From positions 4,216,001 through 4,280,000 of the forward strand of contig CP075497.1 in assembly GCA_021613535.1 (NCBI GenBank): 64,000 nt of DNA. The letters run 5' to 3'. Position 1 is the first letter of the stretch, and each line of letters starts with the position of its first letter. Shown here one piece after another: positions 1 through 13,000 of the stretch. Under the pieces are notes generated by a model that was not told the DNA's origin, made no database searches, and worked only from the letters and a program-made list of their open reading frames with translations. Both the position numbers and the translations under genes were made by a program. Source of the DNA: Adineta vaga. Lineage: Eukaryota > Animalia > Rotifera.

Positions 1-1435
1 AATCTTTCAATACTAGATATTTACGTTTCTAATCCATATCGTTGTAAAAGTTGACTTTTCTCATCGAAACCTTTATCCGTCTTTGGAAGAGCTTAAAAGA
101 TGAAAACAACAAAATATTTTGTATTGGAAAACTGAAAAGATCTTTTCTTCTACCTAATCTTAATGAATATGTGTCATATGGATTGTTTTGATCAGGAACA
201 AAACCATTGTGAATTAAATATTCTGCATTTGTTCGTTTTCCATAAAACATAAATATTTGTTCATCTTTTTCAATATCTTTCATTGTTTTACATTCAATTT
301 GTTTAAGATTTTCATCATAATGAATACATTCTTGACCATTTTGATGATTAAGAAAATCCATAACTGGTATTAATCCTAGTCGAGGTTCACCTTGTTCATT
401 CGAAACATTGTTTTGTCGTGTTGAAACAACACTTACTGCCCATCTATGTTCCATCAAAAAAATTACATCAATATCATCTACAGAGAATATTTACCTATAC
501 GTATCAAAAGAAAAGTTTTCCGAGAGTTTAGAAAGTGATAATTGACCCTATGAAACATTTCAAGTTATAGAAGAAAGACAATTTCGTAAGGATTTTACTT
601 TGAGAAGATTATGTAAATAACAATATTGTCTAGCAATTCGTTGTATATGCATCAGAACATCGCCTATCACAGATGAAATCAAGTTTTTTTACAATGAAAT
701 CAAAAGGAATTATTCTTACAAAGTATAGCAGATGATTTTAGTCGATTGAGTTGATCAAGATCAAAATACAATGGTGTATTGAATTGATTTGGTAAAACAT
801 CAATATACGGTTTCCATTTTGATTCTGAACGTTCATGAAGAAGAAACAATGCTAAAGCTACATTTGGCATTGAACGAAGCAATTGATCATTTGTAACTAA
901 CGAGGCAAGTGACGAAGAACTTTTAATTGTATCCGTTGTAATAGTGAGTGAAAGTGGTACATTGAGAAAACATTCGTTAGTCTAAAGATATATCAAAACG
1001 TAGATAGAAAAGGATTAAAAACAATGTATTACGCAAAGTGGTTTTGTTGCTTTTAAACCAAAACCATAGTTTTCAAATGAACAAATTGTAAAGTTTGAAG
1101 TATCAATACCATTTGAATGTAACCATTTATTGAAATCGTACAATCGTTCTTCACGATTGGAAATCGGATTTGATTTTAAAAGTTCTTAATCCATAGAAAA
1201 AAGCTCGTATTGATAATCTTCTACATCATCTTACCTTTTTCAACATCAATTACTTTTTGTAATTTCTCATAGATCGGTTCGAATTGAGACCATTTTGTTA
1301 TTTCCTTTATCGATACACATTCTATAAGAATTATTAGATTTGAAAAACTAAAACATAGGTCGATCTACCTTGATAAAGTTGAGTAATAAAATCTTCACGA
1401 TTTTGTATCAATTGTCTCTTTTTTTTCTTATCCAT
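1..1435 (-). CDS. SETD3: SETD3-like SET-domain (actin histidine) methyltransferase, multi-exon, 3' end beyond window start
   Basis: ATG at 1435 (MDKKKKRQLIQ), then spliced exons with YGFGLKAT, LRSMPNVALALFLLHE...WKPYIDVLP...TPLYF, RWAVSVVSTRQN, LIPVMDFLNH, EQIFMFYGKRTNAEYLIHNGFV. These are SETD3/Rubisco-LSMT-class SET motifs. Confidence 0.85.
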
Positions 1436-1844
1436 CTACAATACATTCATCTTTCATACTTCAATCTTCATCGAAAACAAAAACAACAATATCAATCCTT
1501 TCTGTATATTCAATCTATGAAATTCTATTATCATGCCTAGAAATCTAGTCAGCATATAAATAAAATTACAAGTAATACATGTATATGAGTATATTAATAC
1601 TAAATCTCGAATAAATTAAAACAAGTATGAAAAAAATAGAACGATCTTTTGTTTTTAAGCATTGGTGAATAAACAAATCTTCGTTATAATAAATAGGATT
1701 GACACTATTATCGAGTTCTACAAACGGAAAAAATTCAATTGTTTTTATCAAGCGCGGATAAATAAAACTAACACCTGAGCTTCACAAATATTTAACCTAT
1801 CACAGATAGGTTCACAAATACATCTACATATCAACTTTTCTTTT

Positions 1845-4800
1845 CTATGCATAATAATTCGGTGACACAAGAACATCAGCAAGAATTACAAGTTGATCTT
1901 CTGTGAACTTCTCACGATGTTCATGCCACGAATCATAATGAGTTCGACGAAATTCAGATAATGATTTCTTGATCGATTTCTACAAAACAAAACAAACAAA
2001 CATCACTTTCATTACCATCTTTCTTCACACTTACTTGAATAAGATCTGGATCATGTGAATGTTCACAAAGTAACATCAATGCTTCGGGTACATCATCAGG
2101 AATATCATATGGACTCGACAAAACAATTGCACAAAGACCAAGGACACCTAGCAAACATACATCATTCTCGCTCTCAACCATCCATCATGCATCACTCACC
2201 TCCATGTCGTTTGACAATGTTCTCGACTGATGTCACTTTTTTGCCATCGACCTTTGTGAAATAACTTGTCTTGCTCATCACACGAAAATGTTTCTATGAA
2301 TGAGATGAAGAATATCAATGCAAACGAGAGAGAGAGATGAATATACATACAAGATCATCTTTGCTGACTTGAATGAATCCACATTGGTAGAAACCAGAGA
2401 GTGTGACGGATGCAACAGTTCGAACTTCGAATTGTTCATCGAAGAGACATTTGAAGACGAGTTGTCTTAATCGTTGAGCATAAGGTCGAGTGTTGAAGAG
2501 ATTCGAAAAGATCATATTTTGAACGAACTCGATGGCAGCACGACGTGCATGCCATTTTGTACTGGAACAAACCTATGAGAGGAGAGAGAGAGAGAGAAGG
2601 AAATGATGTGGATGAGAGTGAACGAATGAAATTAAATTACATATTCGAGTTGTTCGATCAATGGTTCGATGAATGGTATTTGCAGATAAGTTACAGCTAA
2701 ATACATTCGACTAATAACTGTACTTTCACGAATAAAATCATCGTTAGCAATGATACTATCAATTTCACATAACTAAAAAATGAAAGAAATCGTTAAAATA
2801 AATATATTTTAAAATCATCTGTTTGTGTACATGAGGAAATAGACGAATAATAGAACTTTTTACTGGTTGAATATAACTAGAGAACATCAAGGTGTGTAGT
2901 TGAACAACTAAGTGAGAAATAAAATAGTGCTTTATCAATAGAAGAAAATATATGTTTCTACCTGTTTCAATATAATTCAAAGCTTTACGAGCTTCAGAAT
3001 CAATTTCAACACGTTCACCCGAGATATTTGCTAGAAAATGGGAATGCTGTTTATTTCAAAAAATTAAGAATTTATTTTTACCAAGCGGTGTTTTTTCATA
3101 TATTTGAATTGCTTGAGCAAATCGTTCTCGAATATTGTCAATGAATTGATTGACATTTGGATGACGAGTAGATTGACTATTGGGTAATTTTATATCGAAA
3201 CTGAGGGAAGTTGTTAAAACACTAACAGAAAAATCGAATTTATCATTTATTACATATAATTGATCCTTTTTTTACCTTGCGATACGTTCACGAATTGCTT
3301 TATATGGATGATCGAGATGATCTTTTGCATATTGATTAATTGCCCACCATACTTCAGGAATACGCCACTCAAAATTACTTAATTTTTGTACAAGAGTCCA
3401 TTGTGATGTAGCAAGAAATGTATTTCCTGTTGCATGTGTATTAATTAACGAACGAAGAAATTCAACTGGACGATACATTCGACGAGGATCTTCATCTTCC
3501 TAGGAAAAGAAAATCAAATGTTTGGCAGAAGAGTATTTATCTATCGACATACCATGCCAAATTTGAAACATGAACCCCAATGTGTTACAGTTTCTGCACT
3601 TAGATTTGTACAGACTTCATTAAGAAACGGTGTTAATCTTTTCCAAAGTTCATCCAACTACAAGAAATAATTCATTGAAATTTCAACAAAAATCTTTTCT
3701 TTCTCTTAAATACATACCATATCTAAAGTCCAATGTTTTGAACCACGAATCATTGCTCCAGTAATTTCAGCTGCTACTCGATGACTACCTTCATGTTTTT
3801 CTTTCGTTTTTTCATGGATTAATACATATAAATGTTCCATAAAAGTATCTATTAATACTAAACCAAAATTTCGGAAGAGACCCTATAGATAGAAAACAAA
3901 AGTAGATAAATCATCCTCATCCTTATCATTTACTTTGAACATTCGAAATCGATGAATATCAAAATTAATTTCTTCTTCTTCTTCGTCCAAAACCATTAAT
4001 TGAATGAATTTACTTATAAAATCTTTGTCAACAAATCTCTCATACAAGATTGATACATTTTCAGGCATTGTCTCCTTTGTATATCGTTCTCGTTTGTTCA
4101 TTGGATATCGAATTATCTTGGGCCACTTGTAATATCCATGATAACTTTTATCTAGGAAACAAGTTTCTTCCCATTCTTGTTGTGATGTAGGTGGCTTATA
4201 GTTATTGATAGTGAGCCAAAGATTATCATCACGATCACCAGGATGACATTCATTGATGTTAACAGGTCGATGAAGAATTTGATCGAGAGTTTTTTCGATA
4301 TAGATTCGAGGTGGTTTTTGTAGACGAGTAAATGCTGCAATACCTTTTTCTGAAATCTATACAAATCAATGAATTATTCATGGAAAGATCCTATGAATCT
4401 AATGAATATTAACCTTTCGTAATTCAACATTATCGTGAACAAGAAAATCGACAAATGTTCGAATACATGATGATGGAAGTGCGATAGGTCTTTGTAAAAG
4501 TAACCAAATAAACGCCATCGTCATTTCTTGTTGTCGCCATGTTCTTGAATTAAAAATGAAATTTAAAAAAGTATTGATAGAAAAGAATAATCAAATAACA
4601 TACAATACATTTCCATAAAATAATGAATTCAAGGTTTCCATCACATTATTATATGACTGAATATTTGCTTGATTTCTTTCTTCTCTCAATTGATCTCTAA
4701 ATGTTAACTCATTGGCTTCCAATGGTCGCCATAAAGAAATAGCAGCTTGTACTGATGCATCATTGATATCTTCTGTGACTGCTGGCGTATCAAATTGTTT

Positions 4801-7800
4801 TCCAATTTTTTCCATAATTCGATCAAGTAGATTTTGTGTACTAACTTTTGTAGCATGCACTGTACGTGCAAGTGATGGCCATAATTTTTCAAGTAATGTC
4901 CATGAATGTTTTGTTGGAATAAAAATTGAATCGTTTCCAAGAAGAATATAGAGACAACCTTTGATTTGATCATGATCAGCTTCGTCTGGACTATTCAATA
5001 ATTCAAGAATACGGTCAATTATTACTTGATATGAGAAAAGATAACGTCGTAGAATATGAAATAGATACACTTGTGCATTACGACGTACCTAGGAAGAAAG
5101 ATATGTTATGTGTAGGTAAAGTATGTCTCAACTTACTTCACTATAACGATGAATTGATAATTCGAACAATTTCAAAATGACTTGTTTATCTATTTCAGTT
5201 AAACTTTGATAGTTACTAATGGAAAATAACTATTGTAAAAATTAAAGAAAACATCAATGATCTTATCATTGTATGTAGAAAATGGCTGATTTACTTCAAG
5301 TTGAACATTTATACGTTTAATGATAATAAATCGTGGATGTTTTCGTTTGCCCGATAATTTATTTTTAAACAGTAATTTACTTGTTTCCAGATCTTTACAT
5401 AATTTTTCGACATAGTTTTCAAATACTCCAAAAAAGACCGATGTTATCGAATAAATCTAAACGAGCAGATAATATTTCCTCAAAAAACAATAGAACTAAT
5501 CTAGAATACCTTTAAAGCTGTTTTCATGGATGAAGCATCATCAGAATGATTTTCAACAAGAACATCTAAATGAATGAAAGTTATTCATATTTATCGTTTC
5601 TATCAACAGAAATTTACCAAGTAAATTTCCAATATCAGTTAACAGACGTATTCGCAAATTTTCTTTGAAATCTAAAATAGTCATGAAGATGTTTACGACT
5701 AGACAAGACTTTTTCTCTACTTAACAATAACTTACTAGGTTCTTTCGCATATAGTGTATATTTAGCACGTTTTCTTGTATCAAACGGTACAACTGATAGT
5801 ACTCTAAAAGGAGCAATATGTAACTGAAAAGTATTTGAATTATTACTTACAGATTGGTTACTTCTGGACTATCAATACGTGGTACCATGCGAAAACATCC
5901 TATAGCCATAAAACGAATCAATGTGAGTGATCTCAATCGTTCATCATTCGACATTTTCGAGCATTTTTCATTCAATAATTGTAATTCAGGATATATAAAT
6001 GTTTCAACAAATTCACATGCAAAATCAACTTCCTCTGCATTCGGAACATGAAATTGAACTTGAAGATCATCTAATTCAACATGTTGACCCCATGCCTACA
6101 ATAAAACAGTCAATTTCACAGCACTCTCATCTAAGAAACAAGATCAACATACGCGAATGGGAAGAAAATCAGTAAATGGTTCTTCGATGTTTTCAGTAGT
6201 TAAACGATATTCATTTGGATATACATAAGATAATGATTTCAGTAGATTTTTTGCAGCATTAGCAACAGTTTCATAAGATTCTTTATGAATAATACGAATG
6301 CATTGATGGAAAACGGAAAAAATCATTTGTTTATAAATGAGTAATGCATCACCACGAGCACGAACCAATTCAGAAAATAATGTTAAACACCAAGTTAGTT
6401 CTGTATCTCCTTTATGATCAGTTAATACTAATGAATCTGATTGAGTGATAATCTTGTTGATGCGTTCACATGTTTGTGGTAGAAGACATTTGAGTGTTTC
6501 TTCTGGTTTACCTTTGAGAATAGCTCGCACAAGTCCATTCAAAAGTTTACTTATTTTAGGTGAAAATGAAGATGCTGCTAGAAAGTTTGTTATCTTTTCT
6601 CGTATCATCTAAATCAAGAGTATTTCTTTTCTGATATGGAATCATTACAATTAATAAACATACTTGAAAGATTTTGTCACTACATTGTTGAACAATACCA
6701 GCTATCATGTTGGTCAATTCTTGACCAGCCTCTTGATCTTCCAAATTACTTTCATTTGTTAACATAACAGCATCCGACATTTCTGTCGAAAGAGTCTCGA
6801 TCATTCGAAATGTACGATTTAGAAATTCACTGATGAAGTCTTCAAATTTCGCTGTTGACAAACATACTTCTTTCTCAATCTATTATTAAAAACAACAGCT
6901 TGTATCACTCAGTTCAATCTTCATCTGATGGTAATCTTACTTCAGTGAGATCATTTCGAGTATGTACAGCTGATGAACAATCGACACATGTGACAAGCAT
7001 CAGAATAGCATTGAGAAACTGAAATGTGACTGCTGTCTTTTTGAAATCATTCGAATCGATGCCTGGTAGTACAGACATCAATAATGGTAGAACATAGGTT
7101 TGACCTTGTGAAAAACGAGGTGTTTGTCGAACGATCTCTCGTGTCATACCAGCAAGACAAGTAATAACAGCCGTGAAGCGATGTGGTTCAGTAATACTAT
7201 CGATCGATAAAAACAGTCTAAAAATTCATCAAATCAACCGATGATTAATCAATAATTGGAAAAAGAATAATAAATACGAACAATTCAACCAATGGTGGGA
7301 CAACTAATTCTGGCCGAAGTTGTGATAAACAATGACATGCTTTAGCTGCTTCTTCAAGATGTGCTTTATTAAACACAGAAATAAAGACACATTCTTTCAC
7401 GCAATTAACAAAATCAGTAATATCATCTTCTGTAAGTCGATAAGATTTTGGTGGATTAAAATGCCAAGCACAGTCAGGTTTTCGTTCTCTAGAATATATC
7501 CATGAATAGATCAAGAAATAAAATTTAACTTAACATACAAATGAACTCGATCGATAAATGCTTGTGATAGTTTTGAAAGAAAACTAACAAGATCTTGTTG
7601 AAAATCTCCTGTATTTGACGGATGATAAAATGTTTTCGTTGCAGTAAATAAATCTTTTAAGTATTGTAAACATGAACTTCCATTTCCCATCATTGCTACA
7701 AGCCATGTAGATATAATTGTTAACGAATAACTTTGTGATTGAGTAGATACTTGAACATTTGCAACAGGAAGCGAAAAATTTTTCAATATTCGTGTGAAAA

Positions 7801-8856
7801 TCTAAGAAAAAAAGCACAATATGTCATATGACGGTACGAAATTATATGTAATAAAAATACTTTCGGAAGCCAAGGTTCCCAATCAACATAACCAATATTA
7901 CACCAAGCAACAAAAGAGAAGATGTTGATTACATTCTAAAATGTTCATCTGTGAAATATCATATGAAAATGATTGAGTGAAAAACAAACTTGTTCCCAAT
8001 CAGGACTATTTGTTACACTTTCCCAAATACCTAGCAATTCCTGTAACCATAATCTAAATGCAGAATTTTAATGAACAAAATTTTATCTATTCATATCTGC
8101 ATACTTAAATCCTTGTTCATGTAAATTTGGTGGTAAATGAACAGGTAATAACAAATCTAAATAACACATTGCATCACTGAATGCTGAATCAAACGGACAT
8201 AACCATGGTCGAAATTCATCTAATATCTCTTGGGTTGCAGTTGCTGATAGATATGGTCGACAGCTGCGAACACAGTATAGAAGTGATTTTTCGATATCAC
8301 TAAATATAAAAATATCAATCGTACATTTCTAATTTCCAAATAGAAAATAATACAAACTTGGGCAAAGCTACTAATGAATATGATTCATCATTATTGAAAA
8401 GAATTAATTTAATCCATATATAAAGTAGATGCCAATCGATGATTAGATCATCTCTTGTTATCAAACGAGATTTCCTAGAATAAATATAAAAAGGAAATTG
8501 ATGAATAGAATATAGAAAAGAAATTCTACTAACGTCAAAAGTTCATCTATAATATCAAAACTTGTTTTTGCATTGGAATAATTCAAATCCGGAATTGTAA
8601 GAACACTTAGATATAAATGAATTAATTTCAAATGATCACTTTTTGTAAATGAAAAACCATAGAGTGAAATGAATTGTTGTAATTTTGATGACCATAATGG
8701 AAAGCCTGGTCGTAATTCACGTAATTGAATAATTCGAGAAAGATTTTCACATATTTCCTCAAATGATTCTAAACTTTGCTGTTTGATTGTATCATAAAAT
8801 GGCAAAAATGTATTGTAAACATTCGGTTTTTGAAGATTATCTTTATTAGAAGACAT
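1845..8856 (-). CDS. PSME4: Proteasome activator complex subunit 4 (PA200/Blm10), copy A, multi-exon
   Basis: N-term [56 protein letters not shown]-term ...[11 protein letters not shown] (TAG 1845-1847) carries the PA200/Blm10 YYA proteasome-docking tail. Confidence 0.95.
2576..2598. repeat. (GA)n microsatellite in a PSME4-A intron; longer allele at the equivalent PSME4-B site (about 10765-10792)
   Basis: Direct reading; flanks are identical in both copies. Confidence 0.8.
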
Positions 8857-10020
8857 TCGTTTTTAATTATCTAATAAGAAACAAAAAAAGGAATTGACTT
8901 TCATCAACAAATCAGACAACTACAAAACATCACGTGAAATCATGTATAAGTTACACGATGAGTCATTGTTATAATAGTTTTTCTGTCACATGAATACGGT
9001 TACTTATTCGTCAACACTACAAACACTATTCAATCTGCAAACTTATAGTTATTTTTAAAATATCTGCATTAATTAGATACTTAAAATATTGCGATTATTG
9101 AGATTTATGATCAACAATTATTTAACAAACCAATAGAATCATATCGAAAATTATCTACTAGTTACATTATCTAAATAATTACTAAAGCGCTAGAAATCAT
9201 TTACTTTACCTCCCTATTATTCTCAGCTATACTGTTTCAGTCACAAAAGAGAAATATTTATTCTAATATTAATTTTATGAATTTCTTGTCTATAGAGATA
9301 CGTAATTGAAGAAGGATGTCAAAACAATACACCTACGGCATGATACTATCTATTCATGAAAGAAAAACATTACTAGTATTTTTACAAAAAGTCATGTATC
9401 ACTAGGAGAATGAGAAACGTAAAGTGTTTTATAGCTGTAATATATATAAAATACATTAAAATCTTTCTTGTATCAATTTTAGTCTTAAAATTTGCAGATT
9501 CTATGTTCTTTAGCAGATGAATACAGATTAGAAAGATCAATCATCGAAACATGCATCCCATTTTGGATTATTATCTAAGGTTAACTCATTTTCATGCAGT
9601 AAAAATCTCTCCACCGTCATAAGAGCCGAATAATACCTATGTGTGTATACATCTGAATTCAATCGATATGTTATCTAAAGCGAAAAATTCTCTCATTTTT
9701 GTGATATATATGTATACATATATATATTTGTAGAATAAAAAAACAACAAAAAGAACATGAAAGAATCGTCTTCGTTTCGTAAGAAGGAAAAACTGTTTTT
9801 TTTCTTTTCTTTCATTAACACAAAAAGCAGAATACGTAGTTTTCACCATAAACAACAAAGAAAAAGAATCTTGGATATGAGAACAGATTATACTAGACAA
9901 GAACAAGTTTTAAACAGAAAAGAAACCGGGACATTTTCTATCAATTCGATTCTTGATTTGAGAAAAGGAAACGAGAAAATCACAGCAACTGTATTCGTTG
10001 CACAATATCGTTCGATTGTT

Positions 10021-13000
10021 TCAAGCATAGTAACTAGGCGATATGAGAACATCAGCAAGAATTGCGAGTTGATCTTCTGTGAACTTCTCACGATGTTCAT
10101 GCCACGAATCATAATGAGTTCGACGAAATTCAGATAATGATTTCTTGATCGATTTCTACAAAACAAAACAAACAAACATCACTTTCATTACCATCTTTCT
10201 TCACACTTACTTGAATAAGATCTGGATCATGTGAATGTTCACAAAGTAACATCAATGCTTCGGGTACATCATCAGGAATATCATATGGACTCGATAAAAC
10301 AATTGCACAAAGACCAAGGACACCTAGCAAACATACATCATTCTCGCTCTCAACCATCCATCATGCATCACTCACCTCCATGTCGTTTGACAATGTTCTC
10401 GACTGATGTCACTTTTTTGCCATCGACCTTTGTGAAATAACTTGTCTTGCTCATCACACGAAAATGTTTCTATGAATGAGATGAAGAATATCAATGAAAA
10501 TGAAAGAGAGAGAGAGAGATAAGAGATGAATATACATACAAGATCATCTTTGCTGACTTGAATGAATCCACATTGGTAGAAGCCAGAGAGTGTGACGGAT
10601 GCAACAGTTCGAACTTCGAATTGTTCATCGAAGAGACATTTGAAGACGAGTTGTCTTAATCGTTGAGCATAAGGTCGAGTGTTGAAGAGATTCGAAAAGA
10701 TCATATTTTGAACGAACTCGATGGCAGCACGACGTGCATGCCATTTTGTACTGGAACAAACCTATGAGAGGAGAGAGAGAGAGAGAGAGAGAAGGAAATG
10801 ATGTGGATGAGAGTGAACGAATGAAATTAAATTACATATTCGAGTTGTTCGATCAATGGTTCGATGAATGAAGTGTGTAAATAGGTCATGGCCACGCACA
10901 TACGACTAATTGTTAAATTTTTTCGAATAAAATCATCGTTAGCAACGATACTTTCTAATTCACAAAGCTGAAAAAAACGATAGGAGATAATAGAATCTTG
11001 AAGTTCATAGAAGAAAAGATCATACATAGGGGAATAATCGAATTACTCCAAGTTTCATTGGTTGCAAACACCTGGTAAAAAAATGTGTATGCATTTGTAT
11101 CACTAAAGAATAAGTATAAAATATCTTTCGTAATTAATAGAATCATTATATACTAACCTGTTTCAATGAAATTCAAAGCTTTACGAGCTTCGGGATCGAT
11201 CTCAACTACTTGTCCTGATACATTCGCTGCAATAGAAGGAATTAGATCAAATTTATTCTATCATAAAACACTTTACCCAAAGGTGTTCTTTCATAGATTT
11301 CAATTGCTTGTTTCAATCGTTCACGCATAGTATCGATGAATTCATTTGCATTCGGATGACGAATCGATTGACCATTGGGTAGTGTTACATCATAACTCAA
11401 GGATGTTGATAAGACACTAAATAAACAAATATATTCCAAACAAAAACATTGCCTTTTGTTGATTGCTTACTTGGCGATGCGTTCCCGAAAAGCTTTAAAT
11501 GGATGATCAATTAATTCACGAGCCTGTTCATGGATTGTACACCATAATTCTGGTACACGCCATTCAAAATTAGTTATTGTTTGCACAAGATACCACCGTG
11601 ATGTTTCAAGAAATGTATTTCCTACTGTATGTGTATTAATCAGTGAACGAAGAAATTCAATTGGACGATACATTCGACGGGGATCTTCATCTTCCTATAA
11701 ATCGAAGAAAGATTGTTCGATTTATGAATAAAAAAGTTAATAACATCTACTAACTATGCCTAATTTTAAACATGTACCCCAATGTGAAAGTGTTTCTGGA
11801 CTGAGATTTAAACACACTGCAGTCAAAAATGGTGTGAGTTTTTTCCAAAGTTCATCCAACTACAAGAAATAATTCATTTTTTTTATAAAATAAAATAAAA
11901 AAGAACCAACCATATCGACTGTCCAACATTTTGATCCACGAATCATACCAGCTACAATTTCTGCAGCTACTCGATGACTACCTTCATGTTTTTCTTTCGT
12001 TTTTTCATTGATCAATACATATAATCTTTCAATAAAATTGTCAACAAATGCTGGACCGAAATTACGAAAGAGTCCCTAAGAAAACATATTGATTATTATT
12101 GCATATGAAAGACAAATATATCTATCTCTACTTTGAACATATTAAAGCGTCTGGGATCAAAATTAATCTTTCCTTTTTCTTCATCCAAGACCATAAATTG
12201 AATGAATTTACTTATAAAATCTTTGTCAACAAATCTCTCATACAAGATTGATACATTTTCAGGCATTGTCTCTTTTGTATATCGTTCTCGTTTGTTCATT
12301 GGATATCGAATTATCTTGGGCCACTTGTAATATCCATGATAACTTTTATCTAGGAAACAAGTTTCTTCCCATTCTTGTTGTGATGTAGGTGGCTTATAGT
12401 TATTGATAGTGAGCCAAAGATTATCATCACGATCACCAGGCTGACATTCATTGATGTTAACAGGTCGATGAAGAATTTGATCGAGAGTTTTTTCGATATA
12501 GATTCGAGGTGGTTTTTGTAGACGAGTAAATGCTGCAATACCTTCTTCAGCAATCTAAATAAACGAGTATGATTAAAACATATAGATAAATAGTAAAAAG
12601 TGAACCTTTCGTAATTCAACATTATCGTGAACAAGAAAATCGACAAATGTTCGAATACATGATGATGGTATTGGTACTCGTTTTTGGAGAAGTAACCAAA
12701 TCAATGACATTGTTGTTTCTTGTTGTCGCCATGTTCTAAATAGTATTAATGCGAAAAGATAGTTGATTCACATATAAAAAGAACAGTTCCCGATGACTGA
12801 TAACGAATATTAACAACTTCAGAGAAGATAAACTTCACTTAATGAGCATTCGTTGTCAGTGCAAGAAGAAGCTTTGCTCATGTATTCGTAGCTTTACTCA
12901 TCAATGATTTTGAGGCAATCTGAATAATTCATTTTATATATACTATATCGTTACTACTTACATAGAATCGCCTCTGAGTAATCCATTCAATGTTTCCATG

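Noticed and set aside
12858-12875. 10-nt complementarity between the PSME4-B intron insert (CTTCTTCTTG) and the plus-strand U1 SL1 loop (CAAGAAGAAG)
   Set aside because: A low-complexity GAA-repeat match is expected by chance; not enough to call a guide RNA.
12875-12905. Hammerhead-ribozyme-like string on the minus strand (TTGATGA-GTA AAGC TAC-GAAT)
   Set aside because: The core deviates at two conserved positions (CUGAUGA and GAAA), and no convincing stems I/III or cleavage triplet could be built.
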